From Nemertoderma westbladi (Eukaryota; Animalia; Xenacoelomorpha): a stretch of 64,000 bases of DNA. The stretch is from NCBI GenBank assembly GCA_032718475.1, contig JAUCBJ010008979.1, positions 18,665 to 82,664 of the forward strand. Reading direction: 5' to 3'. The notes under the pieces were generated by a model. It did no database searches and was not told the DNA's origin. It saw only the letters and a list, made by a program, of their open reading frames with translations. Shown piece after piece: positions 11,101 through 26,100 of the stretch (position 1 is the stretch's first letter; each line of letters begins with the position of its first letter). A program made the translations under genes and the position numbers.

Positions 11101-14100
11101 AGAAATGAGAAATACCAAGAAACGTGAAAGAAACATAAGGAGAGCCAAGCAAGAAATGAGAATTACCAAGAAACGTGAAAGAAACATACGGAGAGCCAAG
11201 CAAGAAATTAGAATTACCGAGAAACGTGAAAGAAACATACAGAGCCAAGCAAGACACGGGAATTACCGAGAAACGTGAAAGAAACATACGGAGAGCCAAG
11301 CAAGAAATAAGAATTACCGAGAAAAGTGAAAGAAACATACGGAGAGCCAAGCAAGAAATGAGAAATACCGAGAAACGTGAAAGAAACATACAGAGCCAAG
11401 CAAGACACGGGAATTACCGAGAAACGTGAAAGAAACATACGGAGAGCCAAGCAAGAAATTAGAATTACCGAGAAACGTGAAAGAAACATACAGAGCCAAG
11501 CAAGAAATGAGAAATACCGAGAAAAGTGAAAGAAACATATGGAGAGACAAGCAAGAAATGAGAATTACCGAGAAAAGTGAAACAAACATACGGAGATACA
11601 AGCAAGAAATGAGAAATACCAAGAAACGTGAAAGAAACATAAGGAGAGCCAAGCAAGAAATGAGAATTACCAAGAAACGTGAAAGAAACATACGGAGAGC
11701 CAAGCAAGAAATGAGAATTACCAAGAAACGTGAAAGAAACATACGGAGAGCCAAGCAAGAAATTAGAATTACCGAGAAAAGTGAAAGAAACATACGGAGA
11801 TACAAGCAAGAAATGAGAAATACCAAGAAACGTGAAAGAAACATAAGGAGAGCCAAGCAAGAAATGAGAATTACCAAGAAACGTGAAAGAAACATACGGA
11901 GAGCCAAGCAAGAAATTAGAATTACCGAGAAACGTGAAAGAAACATACGGAGAGCCAAGCAAGACACGGGAATTACCGAGAAACGTGAAAGAAACATACG
12001 GAGAGCCAAGCAAGACACGGGAATTACCGAGAAACGTGAAAGAAACATACGGAGAGCCAAGCAAGAAATGAGAATTACCAAGAAACGTGAAAGAAACATA
12101 CGGAGAGCCAAGCAAGAAATGAGAATTACCGAGAAAAGTGAAAGAAACATACGGAGAGCCAAGCAAGAAATGAGAATTACCGAGAAAAGTGAAAGAAACA
12201 TACGGAGAGCCAAGCAAGAAATGAGAATTACCGAGAAAAGTGAAAGAAACATACGGAGAGCCAAGCAAGAAATTAGAATTACCGAGAAACGTGAAAGAAA
12301 CATACAGAGCCAAGCAAGACACGGGAATTACCGAGAAACGTGAAAGAAACATACGGAGAGCCAAGCAAGACACGGGAATTACCGAGAAACGTGAAAGAAA
12401 CATACGGAGAGCCAAGCAAGAAATGAGAATTACCAAGAAACGTGAAAGAAACATACGGAGAGCCAAGCAAGTCACGGAAATTACCGAGAAACGTGAAAGA
12501 AACATACGGAGAGACAAGCAAGAAATGAGAAATACCAAGAAACGTGAAAGAAACATAAGGAGAGCCAAGCAAGAAATGAGAATTACCAAGAAACGTGAAA
12601 GAAACATACGGAGAGCCAAGCAAGAAATTAGAATTACCGAGAAACGTGAAAGAAACATACAGAGCCAAGCAAGACACGGGAATTACCGAGAAACGTGAAA
12701 GAAACATACGGAGAGCCAAGCAAGAAATGAGAATTACCAAGAAACGTGAAAGAAACATACGGAGATACAAGCAAGAAATGAGAATTATCAAGAAACGTGA
12801 AAGAATCATACGGAGAGCCAAGCAAGAAATGAGAATTACCGAGAAAAGTGAAAGAAACATACGGAGAGCCAAGCAAGAAATGAGAATTACCGAGAAAAGT
12901 GAAAGAAACATACGGAGAGCCAAGCAAGAAATGAGAATTACCGAGAAAAGTGAAAGAAACATACGGAGAGCCAAGCAAGATATTAGAATTACCGAGAAAC
13001 GTGAAAGAAACATACAGAGCCAAGCAAGACACGGGAATTACCGAGAAACGTGAAAGAAACATACGGAGAGCCAAGCAAGAAATTAGAATTACCGAGAAAC
13101 GTGAAAGAAACATACGGAGAGCCAAGCAAGAAATAAGAATTACCGAGAAAAGTGAAAGAAACATACGGAGAGCCAAGCAAGAAATAAGAATTACCAAGAA
13201 ACGTGAAAGAAACATACGGAGAGCCAAGCAAGAAATAAGAATTACCGAGAAAAGTGAAAGAAACATACGGAGAGCCAAGCAAGAAATTAGAATTACCGAG
13301 AAACGTGAAAGAAACATACAGAGCCAAGCAAGACACGGGAATTACCGAGAAACGTGAAAGAAACATACGGAGAGCCAAGCAAGAAATTAGAATTACCGAG
13401 AAACGTGAAAGAAACATACAGAGCCAAGCAAGACACGGGAATTACCGAGAAACGTGAAAGAAACATACGGAGAGCCAAGCAAGAAATAAGAATTACCGAG
13501 AAAAGTGAAAGAAACATACGGAGAGCCAAGCAAGAAATTAGAATTACCGAGAAACGTGAAAGAAACATACAGAGCCAAGCAAGACACGGGAATTACCGAG
13601 AAACGTGAAAGAAACATACGGAGAGCCAAGCAAGAAATTAGAATTACCGAGAAACGTGAAAGAAACATACGGAGAGCCAAGCAAGACACGGGAATTACCG
13701 AGAAACGTGAAAGAAACATACGGAGAGCCAAGCAAGAAATGAGAATTACCAAGAAACGTGAAAGAAACATACGGAGAGCCAAGCAAGTCACGGAAATTAC
13801 CGAGAAACGTGAAAGAAACATACGGAGAGACAAGCAAGAAATGAGAAATACCAAGAAACGTGAAAGAAACATAAGGAGAGCCAAGCAAGAAATGAGAATT
13901 ACCAAGAAACGTGAAAGAAACATACGGAGAGCCAAGCAAGAAATTAGAATTACCGAGAAACGTGAAAGAAACATACAGAGCCAAGCAAGACACGGGAATT
14001 ACCGAGAAACGTGAAAGAAACATACGGAGAGCCAAGCAAGAAATGAGAATTACCAAGAAACGTGAAAGAAACATACGGAGATACAAGCAAGAAATGAGAA

Positions 14101-17100
14101 TTATCAAGAAACGTGAAAGAATCATACGGAGAGCCAAGCAAGAAATGAGAATTACCGAGAAAAGTGAAAGAAACATACGGAGAGCCAAGCAAGAAATGAG
14201 AATTACCGAGAAAAGTGAAAGAAACATACGGAGAGCCAAGCAAGAAATGAGAATTACCGAGAAAAGTGAAAGAAACATACGGAGAGCCAAGCAAGATATT
14301 AGAATTACCGAGAAACGTGAAAGAAACATACAGAGCCAAGCAAGACACGGGAATTACCGAGAAACGTGAAAGAAACATACGGAGAGCCAAGCAAGAAATT
14401 AGAATTACCGAGAAACGTGAAAGAAACATACGGAGAGCCAAGCAAGAAATAAGAATTACCGAGAAAAGTGAAAGAAACATACGGAGAGCCAAGCAAGAAA
14501 TAAGAATTACCAAGAAACGTGAAAGAAACATACGGAGAGCCAAGCAAGAAATAAGAATTACCGAGAAAAGTGAAAGAAACATACGGAGAGCCAAGCAAGA
14601 AATTAGAATTACCGAGAAACGTGAAAGAAACATACAGAGCCAAGCAAGACACGGGAATTACCGAGAAACGTGAAAGAAACATACGGAGAGCCAAGCAAGA
14701 AATTAGAATTACCGAGAAACGTGAAAGAAACATACAGAGCCAAGCAAGACACGGGAATTACCGAGAAACGTGAAAGAAACATACGGAGAGCCAAGCAAGA
14801 AATAAGAATTACCGAGAAAAGTGAAAGAAACATACGGAGAGCCAAGCAAGAAATTAGAATTACCGAGAAACGTGAAAGAAACATACAGAGCCAAGCAAGA
14901 CACGGGAATTACCGAGAAACGTGAAAGAAACATACGGAGAGCCAAGCAAGAAATTAGAATTACCGAGAAACGTGAAAGAAACATACAGAGCCAAGCAAGA
15001 CACGGGAATTACCGAGAAACGTGAAAGAAACATACGGAGAGCCAAGCAAGAAATAAGAATTACCGAGAAACGTGAAAGAAACATACAGAGCCAAGCAAGA
15101 CACGGGAATTACCGAGAAACGTGAAAGAAACATACAGAGCCAAGCAAGACACGGGAATTACCGAGAAACGTGAAAGAAACATACGGAGAGCCAAGCAAGA
15201 AATGAGAAATACCAAGAAACGTGAAAGAAACATAAGGAGAGCCAAGCAAGAAATGAGAAATACCAAGAAACGTGAAAGAAACATACGGAGAGCCAAGCAA
15301 GAAATGAGAAATACCAAGAAACGTGAAAGAAACATAAGGAGAGCCAAGCAAGAAATGAGAATTACCAAGAAACGTGAAAGAAACATACGGAGAGCCAAGC
15401 AAGAAATGAGAATTACCAAGAAACGTGAAAGAAACATACGGAGAGCCAAGCAAGAAATTAGAATTACCGAGAAAAGTGAAAGAAACATACGGAGATACAA
15501 GCAAGAAATGAGAAATACCAAGAAACGTGAAAGAAACATAAGGAGAGCCAAGCAAGAAATGAGAATTACCAAGAAACGTGAAAGAAACATACGGAGAGCC
15601 AAGCAAGAAATTAGAATTACCGAGAAACGTGAAAGAAACATACAGAGCCAAGCAAGACACGGGAATTACCGAGAAACGTGAAAGAAACATACGGAGAGCA
15701 AAGCAAGACACGGGAATTACCGAGAAACGTGAAAGAAACATACGGAGAGCCAAGCAAGAAATGAGAATTACCAAGAAACGTGAAAGAAACATACGGAGAG
15801 CCAAGCAAGTCACGGAAATTACCGAGAAACGTGAAAGAAACATACGGAGAGACAAGCAAGAAATGAGAAATACCAAGAAACGTGAAAGAAACATAAGGAG
15901 AGCCAAGCAAGAAATGAGAATTACCAAGAAACGTGAAAGAAACATACGGAGAGCCAAGCAAGAAATTAGAATTACCGAGAAACGTGAAAGAAACATACAG
16001 AGCCAAGCAAGACACGGGAATTACCGAGAAACGTGAAAGAAACATACGGAGAGCCAAGCAAGAAATAAGAATTACCGAGAAAAGTGAAAGAAACATACGG
16101 AGAGCCAAGCAAGAAATGAGAAATACCGAGAAACGTGAAAGAAACATACAGAGCCAAGCAAGACACGGGAATTACCGAGAAACGTGAAAGAAACATACGG
16201 AGAGCCAAGCAAGAAATTAGAATTACCGAGAAACGTGAAAGAAACATACAGAGCCAAGCAAGAAATGAGAAATACCGAGAAAAGTGAAAGAAACATATGG
16301 AGAGACAAGCAAGAAATGAGAATTACCGAGAAAAGTGAAACAAACATACGGAGATACAAGCAAGAAATGAGAAATACCAAGAAACGTGAAAGAAACATAA
16401 GGAGAGCCAAGCAAGAAATGAGAATTACCAAGAAACGTGAAAGAAACATACGGAGAGCCAAGCAAGAAATGAGAATTACCAAGAAACGTGAAAGAAACAT
16501 ACGGAGAGCCAAGCAAGAAATTAGAATTACCGAGAAAAGTGAAAGAAACATACGGAGATACAAGCAAGAAATGAGAAATACCAAGAAACGTGAAAGAAAC
16601 ATAAGGAGAGCCAAGCAAGAAATGAGAATTACCAAGAAACGTGAAAGAAACATACGGAGAGCCAAGCAAGAAATTAGAATTACCGAGAAACGTGAAAGAA
16701 ACATACGGAGAGCCAAGCAAGACACGGGAATTACCGAGAAACGTGAAAGAAACATATGGAGAGCCAAGCAAGACACGGGAATTACCGAGAAACGTGAAAG
16801 AAACATACGGAGAGCCAAGCAAGAAATGAGAATTACCAAGAAACGTGAAAGAAACATACGGAGAGCCAAGCAAGAAATGAGAATTACCGAGAAAAGTGAA
16901 AGAAACATACGGAGAGCCAAGCAAGAAATGAGAATTACCGAGAAAAGTGAAAGAAACATACGGAGAGCCAAGCAAGAAATGAGAATTACCGCGAAAAGTG
17001 AAAGAAACATACGGAGAGCCAAGCAAGAAATTAGAATTACCGAGAAACGTGAAAGAAACATACAGAGCCAAGCAAGACACGGGAATTACCGAGAAACGTG

Positions 17101-20100
17101 AAAGAAACATACGGAGAGCCAAGCAAGACACGGGAATTACCGAGAAACGTGAAAGAAACATACGGAGAGCCAAGCAAGAAATGAGAATTACCAAGAAACG
17201 TGAAAGAAACATACGGAGAGCCAAGCAAGTCACGGAAATTACCGAGAAACGTGAAAGAAACATACGGAGAGACAAGCAAGAAATGAGAAATACCAAGAAA
17301 CGTGAAAGAAACATAAGGAGAGCCAAGCAAGAAATGAGAATTACCAAGAAACGTGAAAGAAACATACGGAGAGCCAAGCAAGAAATTAGAATTACCGAGA
17401 AACGTGAAAGAAACATACAGAGCCAAGCAAGACACGGGAATTACCGAGAAACGTGAAAGAAACATACGGAGAGCCAAGCAAGAAATGAGAATTACCAAGA
17501 AACGTGAAAGAAACATACGGAGATACAAGCAAGAAATGAGAATTATCAAGAAACGTGAAAGAATCATACGGAGAGCCAAGCAAGAAATGAGAATTACCAA
17601 GAAACGTGAAAGAAACATACAGAGCCAAGCAAGAAATAAGAATTACCGAGAAACGTGAAAGAAACATACGGAGAGCCAAGCAAGAAATAAGAATTACCGA
17701 GAAAAGTGAAAGAAACATACGGAGAGCCAAGCAAGAAATTAGAATTACCGAGAAACGTGAAAGAAACATACGGAGAGCCAAGCAAGAAATAAGAATTACC
17801 GAGAAAAGTGAAAGAAACATACGGAGAGCCAAGCAAGAAATTAGAATTACCGAGAAAAGTGAAAGAAACATACGGAGAGCCAAGCAAGAAATTAGAATTA
17901 CCGAGAAACGTGAAAGAAACATACAGAGCCAAGCAAGACACGGGAATTACCGAGAAACGTGAAAGAAACATACGGAGAGCAAAGCAAGACACGGGAATTA
18001 CCGAGAAACGTGAAAGAAACATACGGAGAGCCAAGCAAGAAATGAGAATTACCAAGAAACGTGAAAGAAACATACGGAGAGCCAAGCAAGTCACGGAAAT
18101 TACCGAGAAACGTGAAAGAAACATACGGAGAGACAAGCAAGAAATGAGAAATACCAAGAAACGTGAAAGAAACATAAGGAGAGCCAAGCAAGAAATGAGA
18201 ATTACCAAGAAACGTGAAAGAAACATACGGAGAGCCAAGCAAGAAATTAGAATTACCGAGAAACGTGAAAGAAACATACAGAGCCAAGCAAGACACGGGA
18301 ATTACCGAGAAACGTGAAAGAAACATACGGAGAGCCAAGCAAGAAATAAGAATTACCGAGAAAAGTGAAAGAAACATACGGAGAGCCAAGCAAGAAATGA
18401 GAAATACCGAGAAACGTGAAAGAAACATACAGAGCCAAGCAAGACACGGGAATTACCGAGAAACGTGAAAGAAACATACGGAGAGCCAAGCAAGAAATTA
18501 GAATTACCGAGAAACGTGAAAGAAACATACAGAGCCAAGCAAGAAATGAGAAATACCGAGAAAAGTGAAAGAAACATATGGAGAGACAAGCAAGAAATGA
18601 GAATTACCGAGAAAAGTGAAACAAACATACGGAGATACAAGCAAGAAATGAGAAATACCAAGAAACGTGAAAGAAACATAAGGAGAGCCAAGCAAGAAAT
18701 GAGAATTACCAAGAAACGTGAAAGAAACATACGGAGAGCCAAGCAAGAAATGAGAATTACCAAGAAACGTGAAAGAAACATACGGAGAGCCAAGCAAGAA
18801 ATTAGAATTACCGAGAAAAGTGAAAGAAACATACGGAGATACAAGCAAGAAATGAGAAATACCAAGAAACGTGAAAGAAACATAAGGAGAGCCAAGCAAG
18901 AAATGAGAATTACCAAGAAACGTGAAAGAAACATACGGAGAGCCAAGCAAGAAATTAGAATTACCGAGAAACGTGAAAGAAACATACGGAGAGCCAAGCA
19001 AGACACGGGAATTACCGAGAAACGTGAAAGAAACATATGGAGAGCCAAGCAAGACACGGGAATTACCGAGAAACGTGAAAGAAACATACGGAGAGCCAAG
19101 CAAGAAATGAGAATTACCAAGAAACGTGAAAGAAACATACGGAGAGCCAAGCAAGAAATGAGAATTACCGAGAAAAGTGAAAGAAACATACGGAGAGCCA
19201 AGCAAGAAATGAGAATTACCGAGAAAAGTGAAAGAAACATACGGAGAGCCAAGCAAGAAATGAGAATTACCGCGAAAAGTGAAAGAAACATACGGAGAGC
19301 CAAGCAAGAAATTAGAATTACCGAGAAACGTGAAAGAAACATACAGAGCCAAGCAAGACACGGGAATTACCGAGAAACGTGAAAGAAACATACGGAGAGC
19401 CAAGCAAGACACGGGAATTACCGAGAAACGTGAAAGAAACATACGGAGAGCCAAGCAAGAAATGAGAATTACCAAGAAACGTGAAAGAAACATACGGAGA
19501 GCCAAGCAAGTCACGGAAATTACCGAGAAACGTGAAAGAAACATACGGAGAGACAAGCAAGAAATGAGAAATACCAAGAAACGTGAAAGAAACATAAGGA
19601 GAGCCAAGCAAGAAATGAGAATTACCAAGAAACGTGAAAGAAACATACGGAGAGCCAAGCAAGAAATTAGAATTACCGAGAAACGTGAAAGAAACATACA
19701 GAGCCAAGCAAGACACGGGAATTACCGAGAAACGTGAAAGAAACATACGGAGAGCCAAGCAAGAAATGAGAATTACCAAGAAACGTGAAAGAAACATACG
19801 GAGATACAAGCAAGAAATGAGAATTATCAAGAAACGTGAAAGAATCATACGGAGAGCCAAGCAAGAAATGAGAATTACCAAGAAACGTGAAAGAAACATA
19901 CAGAGCCAAGCAAGAAATAAGAATTACCGAGAAACGTGAAAGAAACATACGGAGAGCCAAGCAAGAAATAAGAATTACCGAGAAAAGTGAAAGAAACATA
20001 CGGAGAGCCAAGCAAGAAATTAGAATTACCGAGAAACGTGAAAGAAACATACGGAGAGCCAAGCAAGAAATAAGAATTACCGAGAAAAGTGAAAGAAACA

Positions 20101-23100
20101 TACGGAGAGCCAAGCAAGAAATTAGAATTACCGAGAAAAGTGAAAGAAACATACGGAGAGCCAAGCAAGAAATTAGAATTACCGAGAAACGTGAAAGAAA
20201 CATACAGAGCCAAGCAAGACACGGGAATTACCGAGAAACGTGAAAGAAACATACGGAGAGCCAAGCAAGAAATTAGAATTACCGAGAAACGTGAAAGAAA
20301 CATACAGAGCCAAGCAAGACACGGGAATTACCGAGAAACGTGAAAGAAACATACGGAGAGCCAAGCAAGAAATTAGAATTACCAAGAAACGTGAAAGAAA
20401 CATACAGAGCCAAGCAAGACACGGGAATTACCGAGAAACGTGAAAGAAACATACGGAGAGCCAAGCAAGAAATTAGAATTACCGAGAAACGTGAAAGAAA
20501 CATACGGAGAGCCAAGCAAGAAATAAGAATTACCGAGAAACGTGAAAGAAACATACGGAGAGCCAAGCAAGAAATTAGAATTACCGAGAAACGTGAAAGA
20601 AACATACAGAGCCAAGCAAGAAATAAGAATTACCGAGAAACGTGAAAGAAACATACGGAGAGCCAAGCAAGAAATAAGAATTACCGAGAAAAGTGAAAGA
20701 AACATACGGAGAGCCAAGCAAGAAATTAGAATTACCGAGAAACGTGAAAGAAACATACGGAGAGCCAAGCAAGAAATAAGAATTACCGAGAAAAGTGAAA
20801 GAAACATACGGAGAGCCAAGCAAGAAATTAGAATTACCGAGAAAAGTGAAAGAAACATACGGAGAGCCAAGCAAGAAATTAGAATTACCGAGAAACGTGA
20901 AAGAAACATACAGAGCCAAGCAAGACACGGGAATTACCGAGAAACGTGAAAGAAACATACGGAGAGCCAAGCAAGAAATTAGAATTACCGAGAACCGTGA
21001 AAGAAACATACGGAGAGCCAAGCAAGAAATAAGAATTACCGAGAAAAGTGAAAGAAACATACGGAGAGCCAAGCAAGAAATAAGAATTACCAAGAAACGT
21101 GAAAGAAACATACGGAGAGCCAAGCAAGAAATGAAAATTACCAAGAAACATGAAAGAAACATACGGAGAGCCAAGCAAGAAATGAAAATTACCAAGAAAC
21201 GTGAAAGAAACATAAGGAGAGCCAAGCAAGAAATGAGAATTACCGAGAAAAGTGAAAGAAACATACGGAGAGCCAAGCAAGAAATTAGAATTACCGAGAA
21301 ACGTGAAAGAAACATACAGAGCCAAGCAAGACACGGGAATTACCGAGAAACGTGAAAGAAACATACGGAGAGCCAAGCAAAAAATGAGAATTACCAAGAA
21401 ACGTGAAAGAAACATAAGGAGAGCCAAGCAAGAAATGAGAATTACCGAGAAAAGTGAAAGAAACATACGGAGAGCCAAGCAAGAAATTAGAATTACCGAG
21501 AAACGTGAAAGAAACATACAGAGCCAAGCAAGACACGGGAATTACCGAGAAACGTGAAAGAAACATACGGAGAGCCAAGCAAGAAATTAGAATTACCGAG
21601 AAACGTGAAAGAAACATACAGAGCCAAGCAAGACACGGGAATTACCGAGAAACGTGAAAGAAACATACGGAGAGCCAAGCAAGAAATTAGAATTACCGAG
21701 AAACGTGAAAGAAACATACGGAGAGCCAAGCAAGAAATGAGAATTACCAAGAAACGTGAAAGAAACATACGGAGATACAAGCAAGAAATGAGAATTATCA
21801 AGAAACGTGAAAGAATCATACGGAGAGCCAAGCAAGAAATGGGAATTACCGAGAAAAGTGAAAGAAACATACGGAGAGCCAAGCAAGAAATGAGAATTAC
21901 CGAGAAAAGTGAAAGAAACATACGGAGAGCCAAGCAAGAAATGAGAATTACCGAGAAAAGTGAAAGAAACATACGGAGAGCCAAGCAAGAAATTAGAATT
22001 ACCGAGAAACGTGAAAGAAACATACAGAGCCAAGCAAGACACGGGAATTACCGAGAAACGTGAAAGAAACATACGGAGAGCCAAGCAAGAAATTAGAATT
22101 ACCGAGAAACGTGAAAGAAACATACGGAGAGCCAAGCAAGAAATAAGAATTACCGAGAAAAGTGAAAGAAACATACGGAGAGCCAAGCAAGAAATAAGTA
22201 TTACCAAGAAACGTGAAAGAAACATACGGAGAGCCAAGCAAGAAATAAGAATTACCGAGAAAAGTGAAAGAAACATACGGAGAGCCAAGCAAGAAATTAG
22301 AATTACCGAGAAACGTGAAAGAAACATACAGAGCCAAGCAAGACACGGGAATTACCGAGAAACGTGAAAGAAACATACGGAGAGCCAAGCAAGAAATTAG
22401 AATTACCGAGAAACGTGAAAGAAACATACAGAGCCAAGCAAGACACGGGAATTACCGAGAAACGTGAAAGAAACATACGGAGAGCCAAGCAAGAAATAAG
22501 AATTACCGAGAAAAGTGAAAGAAACATACGGAGAGCCAAGCAAGAAATTAGAATTACCGAGAAACGTGAAAGAAACATACAGAGCCAAGCAAGACACGGG
22601 AATTACCGAGAAACGTGAAAGAAACATACGGAGAGCCAAGCAAGAAATTAGAATTACCGAGAAACGTGAAAGAAACATACAGAGCCAAGCAAGACACGGG
22701 AATTACCGAGAAACGTGAAAGAAACATACGGAGAGCCAAGCAAGAAATAAGAATTACCGAGAAACGTGAAAGAAACATACAGAGCCAAGCAAGACACGGG
22801 AATTACCGAGAAACGTGAAAGAAACATACGGAGAGCCAAGCAAGAAATTAGAATTACCGAGAAACGTGAAAGAAACATACAGAGCCAAGCAAGACACGGG
22901 AATTACCGAGAAACGTGAAAGAAACATACGGAGAGCCAAGCAAGAAATTAGAATTACCGAGAAACGTGAAAGAAACATACAGAGCCAAGCAAGACACGGG
23001 AATTACCGAGAAACGTGAAAGAAACATACGGAGAGCCAAGCAAGAAATTAGAATTACCGAGAAACGTGAAAGAAACATACGGAGAGCCAAGCAAGAAATA

Positions 23101-26100
23101 AGAATTACCGAGAAACGTGAAAGAAACATACGGAGAGCCAAGCAAGAAATTAGAATTACCGAGAAACGTGAAAGAAAAATACAGAGCCAAGCAAGAAATA
23201 AGAATTACCGAGAAACGTGAAAGAAACATACGGAGAGCCAAGCAAGAAATAAGAATTACCGAGAAAAGTGAAAGAAACATACTGAGAGCCAAGCAAGAAA
23301 TTAGAATTACCGAGAAACGTGAAAGAAACATACGGAGAGCCAAGCAAGAAATAAGAATTACCGAGAAAAGTGAAAGAAACATACGGAGAGCCAAGCAAGA
23401 AATTAGAATTACCGAGAAAAGTGAAAGAAACATACGGAGAGCCAAGCAAGAAATTAGAATTACCGAGAAACGTGAAAGAAACATACAGAGCCAAGCAAGA
23501 CACGGGAATTACCGAGAAACGTGAAAGAAACATACGGAGAGCCAAGCAAGAAATTAGAATTACCGAGAAACGTGAAAGAAACATACGGAGAGCCAAGCAA
23601 GAAATAAGAATTACCGAGAAAAGTGAAAGAAACATACGGAGAGCCAAGCAAGAAATAAGAATTACCAAGAAACGTGAAAGAAACATACGGAGAGCCAAGC
23701 AAGAAATGAAAATTACCAAGAAACATGAAAGAAACATACGGAGAGCCAAGCAAGAAATGAAAATTACCAAGAAACGTGAAAGAAACATAAGGAGAGCCAA
23801 GCAAGAAATGAGAATTACCGAGAAAAGTGAAAGAAACATACGGAGAGCCAAGCAAGAAATTAGAATTACCGAGAAACGTGAAAGAAACATACAGAGCCAA
23901 GCAAGACACGGGAATTACCGAGAAACGTGAAAGAAACATACGGAGAGCCAAGCAAAAAATGAGAATTACCAAGAAACGTGAAAGAAACATAAGGAGAGCC
24001 AAGCAAGAAATGAGAATTACCGAGAAAAGTGAAAGAAACATACGGAGAGCCAAGCAAGAAATTAGAATTACCGAGAAACGTGAAAGAAACATACAGAGCC
24101 AAGCAAGACACGGGAATTACCGAGAAACGTGAAAGAAACATACGGAGAGCCAAGCAAGAAATTAGAATTACCGAGAAACGTGAAAGAAACATACAGAGCC
24201 AAGCAAGACACGGGAATTACCGAGAAACGTGAAAGAAACATACGGAGAGCCAAGCAAGAAATAAGAATTACCGAGAAAAGTGAAAGAAACATACGGAGAG
24301 CCAAGCAAGAAATTAGAATTACCGAGAAACGTGAAAGAAACATACAGAGCCAAGCAAGACACGGGAATTACCGAGAAACGTGAAAGAAACATACGGAGAG
24401 CCAAGCAAGAAATTAGAATTACCGAGAAACGTGAAAGAAACATACAGAGCCAAGCAAGACACGGGAATTACCGAGAAACGTGAAAGAAACATACGGAGAG
24501 CCAAGCAAGAAATTAGAATTACCGAGAAACGTGAAAGAAACATACAGAGCCAAGCAAGACACGGGAATTACCGAGAAACGTGAAAGAAACATACGGAGAG
24601 CCAAGCAAGAAATAAGAATTACCGAGAAAAGTGAAAGAAACATACGGAGAGCCAAGCAAGAAATTAGAATTACCGAGAAACGTGAAAGAAACATACAGAG
24701 CCAAGCAAGACACGGGAATTACCGAGAAACGTGAAAGAAACATACGGAGAGCCAAGCAAGAAATTAGAATTACCGAGAAACGTGAAAGAAACATACAGAG
24801 CCAAGCAAGACACGGGAATTACCGAGAAACGTGAAAGAAACATACGGAGAGCCAAGCAAGAAATAAGAATTACCGAGAAACGTGAAAGAAACATACAGAG
24901 CCAAGCAAGACACGGGAATTACCGAGAAACGTGAAAGAAACATACGGAGAGCCAAGCAAGAAATTAGAATTACCGAGAAACGTGAAAGAAACATACAGAG
25001 CCAAGCAAGACACGGGAATTACCGAGAAACGTGAAAGAAACATACGGAGAGCCAAGCAAGAAATTAGAATTACCGAGAAACGTGAAAGAAACATACAGAG
25101 CCAAGCAAGACACGGGAATTACCGAGAAACGTGAAAGAAACATACGGAGAGCCAAGCAAGAAATTAGAATTACCGAGAAACGTGAAAGAAACATACGGAG
25201 AGCCAAGCAAGAAATAAGAATTACCGAGAAACGTGAAAGAAACATACGGAGAGCCAAGCAAGAAATTAGAATTACCGAGAAACGTGAAAGAAAAATACAG
25301 AGCCAAGCAAGAAATAAGAATTACCGAGAAACGTGAAAGAAACATACGGAGAGCCAAGCAAGAAATAAGAATTACCGAGAAAAGTGAAAGAAACATACTG
25401 AGAGCCAAGCAAGAAATTAGAATTACCGAGAAACGTGAAAGAAACATACGGAGAGCCAAGCAAGAAATAAGAATTACCGAGAAAAGTGAAAGAAACATAC
25501 GGAGAGCCAAGCAAGAAATTAGAATTACCGAGAAAAGTGAAAGAAACATACGGAGAGCCAAGCAAGAAATTAGAATTACCGAGAAACGTGAAAGAAACAT
25601 ACAGAGCCAAGCAAGACACGGGAATTACCGAGAAACGTGAAAGAAACATACGGAGAGCCAAGCAAGAAATTAGAATTACCGAGAAACGTGAAAGAAACAT
25701 ACGGAGAGCCAAGCAAGAAATAAGAATTACCGAGAAAAGTGAAAGAAACATACGGAGAGCCAAGCAAGAAATAAGAATTACCAAGAAACGTGAAAGAAAC
25801 ATACGGAGAGCCAAGCAAGAAATGAAAATTACCAAGAAACATGAAAGAAACATACGGAGAGCCAAGCAAGAAATGAAAATTACCAAGAAACGTGAAAGAA
25901 ACATAAGGAGAGCCAAGCAAGAAATGAGAATTACCGAGAAAAGTGAAAGAAACATACGGAGAGCCAAGCAAGAAATTAGAATTACCGAGAAACGTGAAAG
26001 AAACATACAGAGCCAAGCAAGACACGGGAATTACCGAGAAACGTGAAAGAAACATACGGAGAGCCAAGCAAAAAATGAGAATTACCAAGAAACGTGAAAG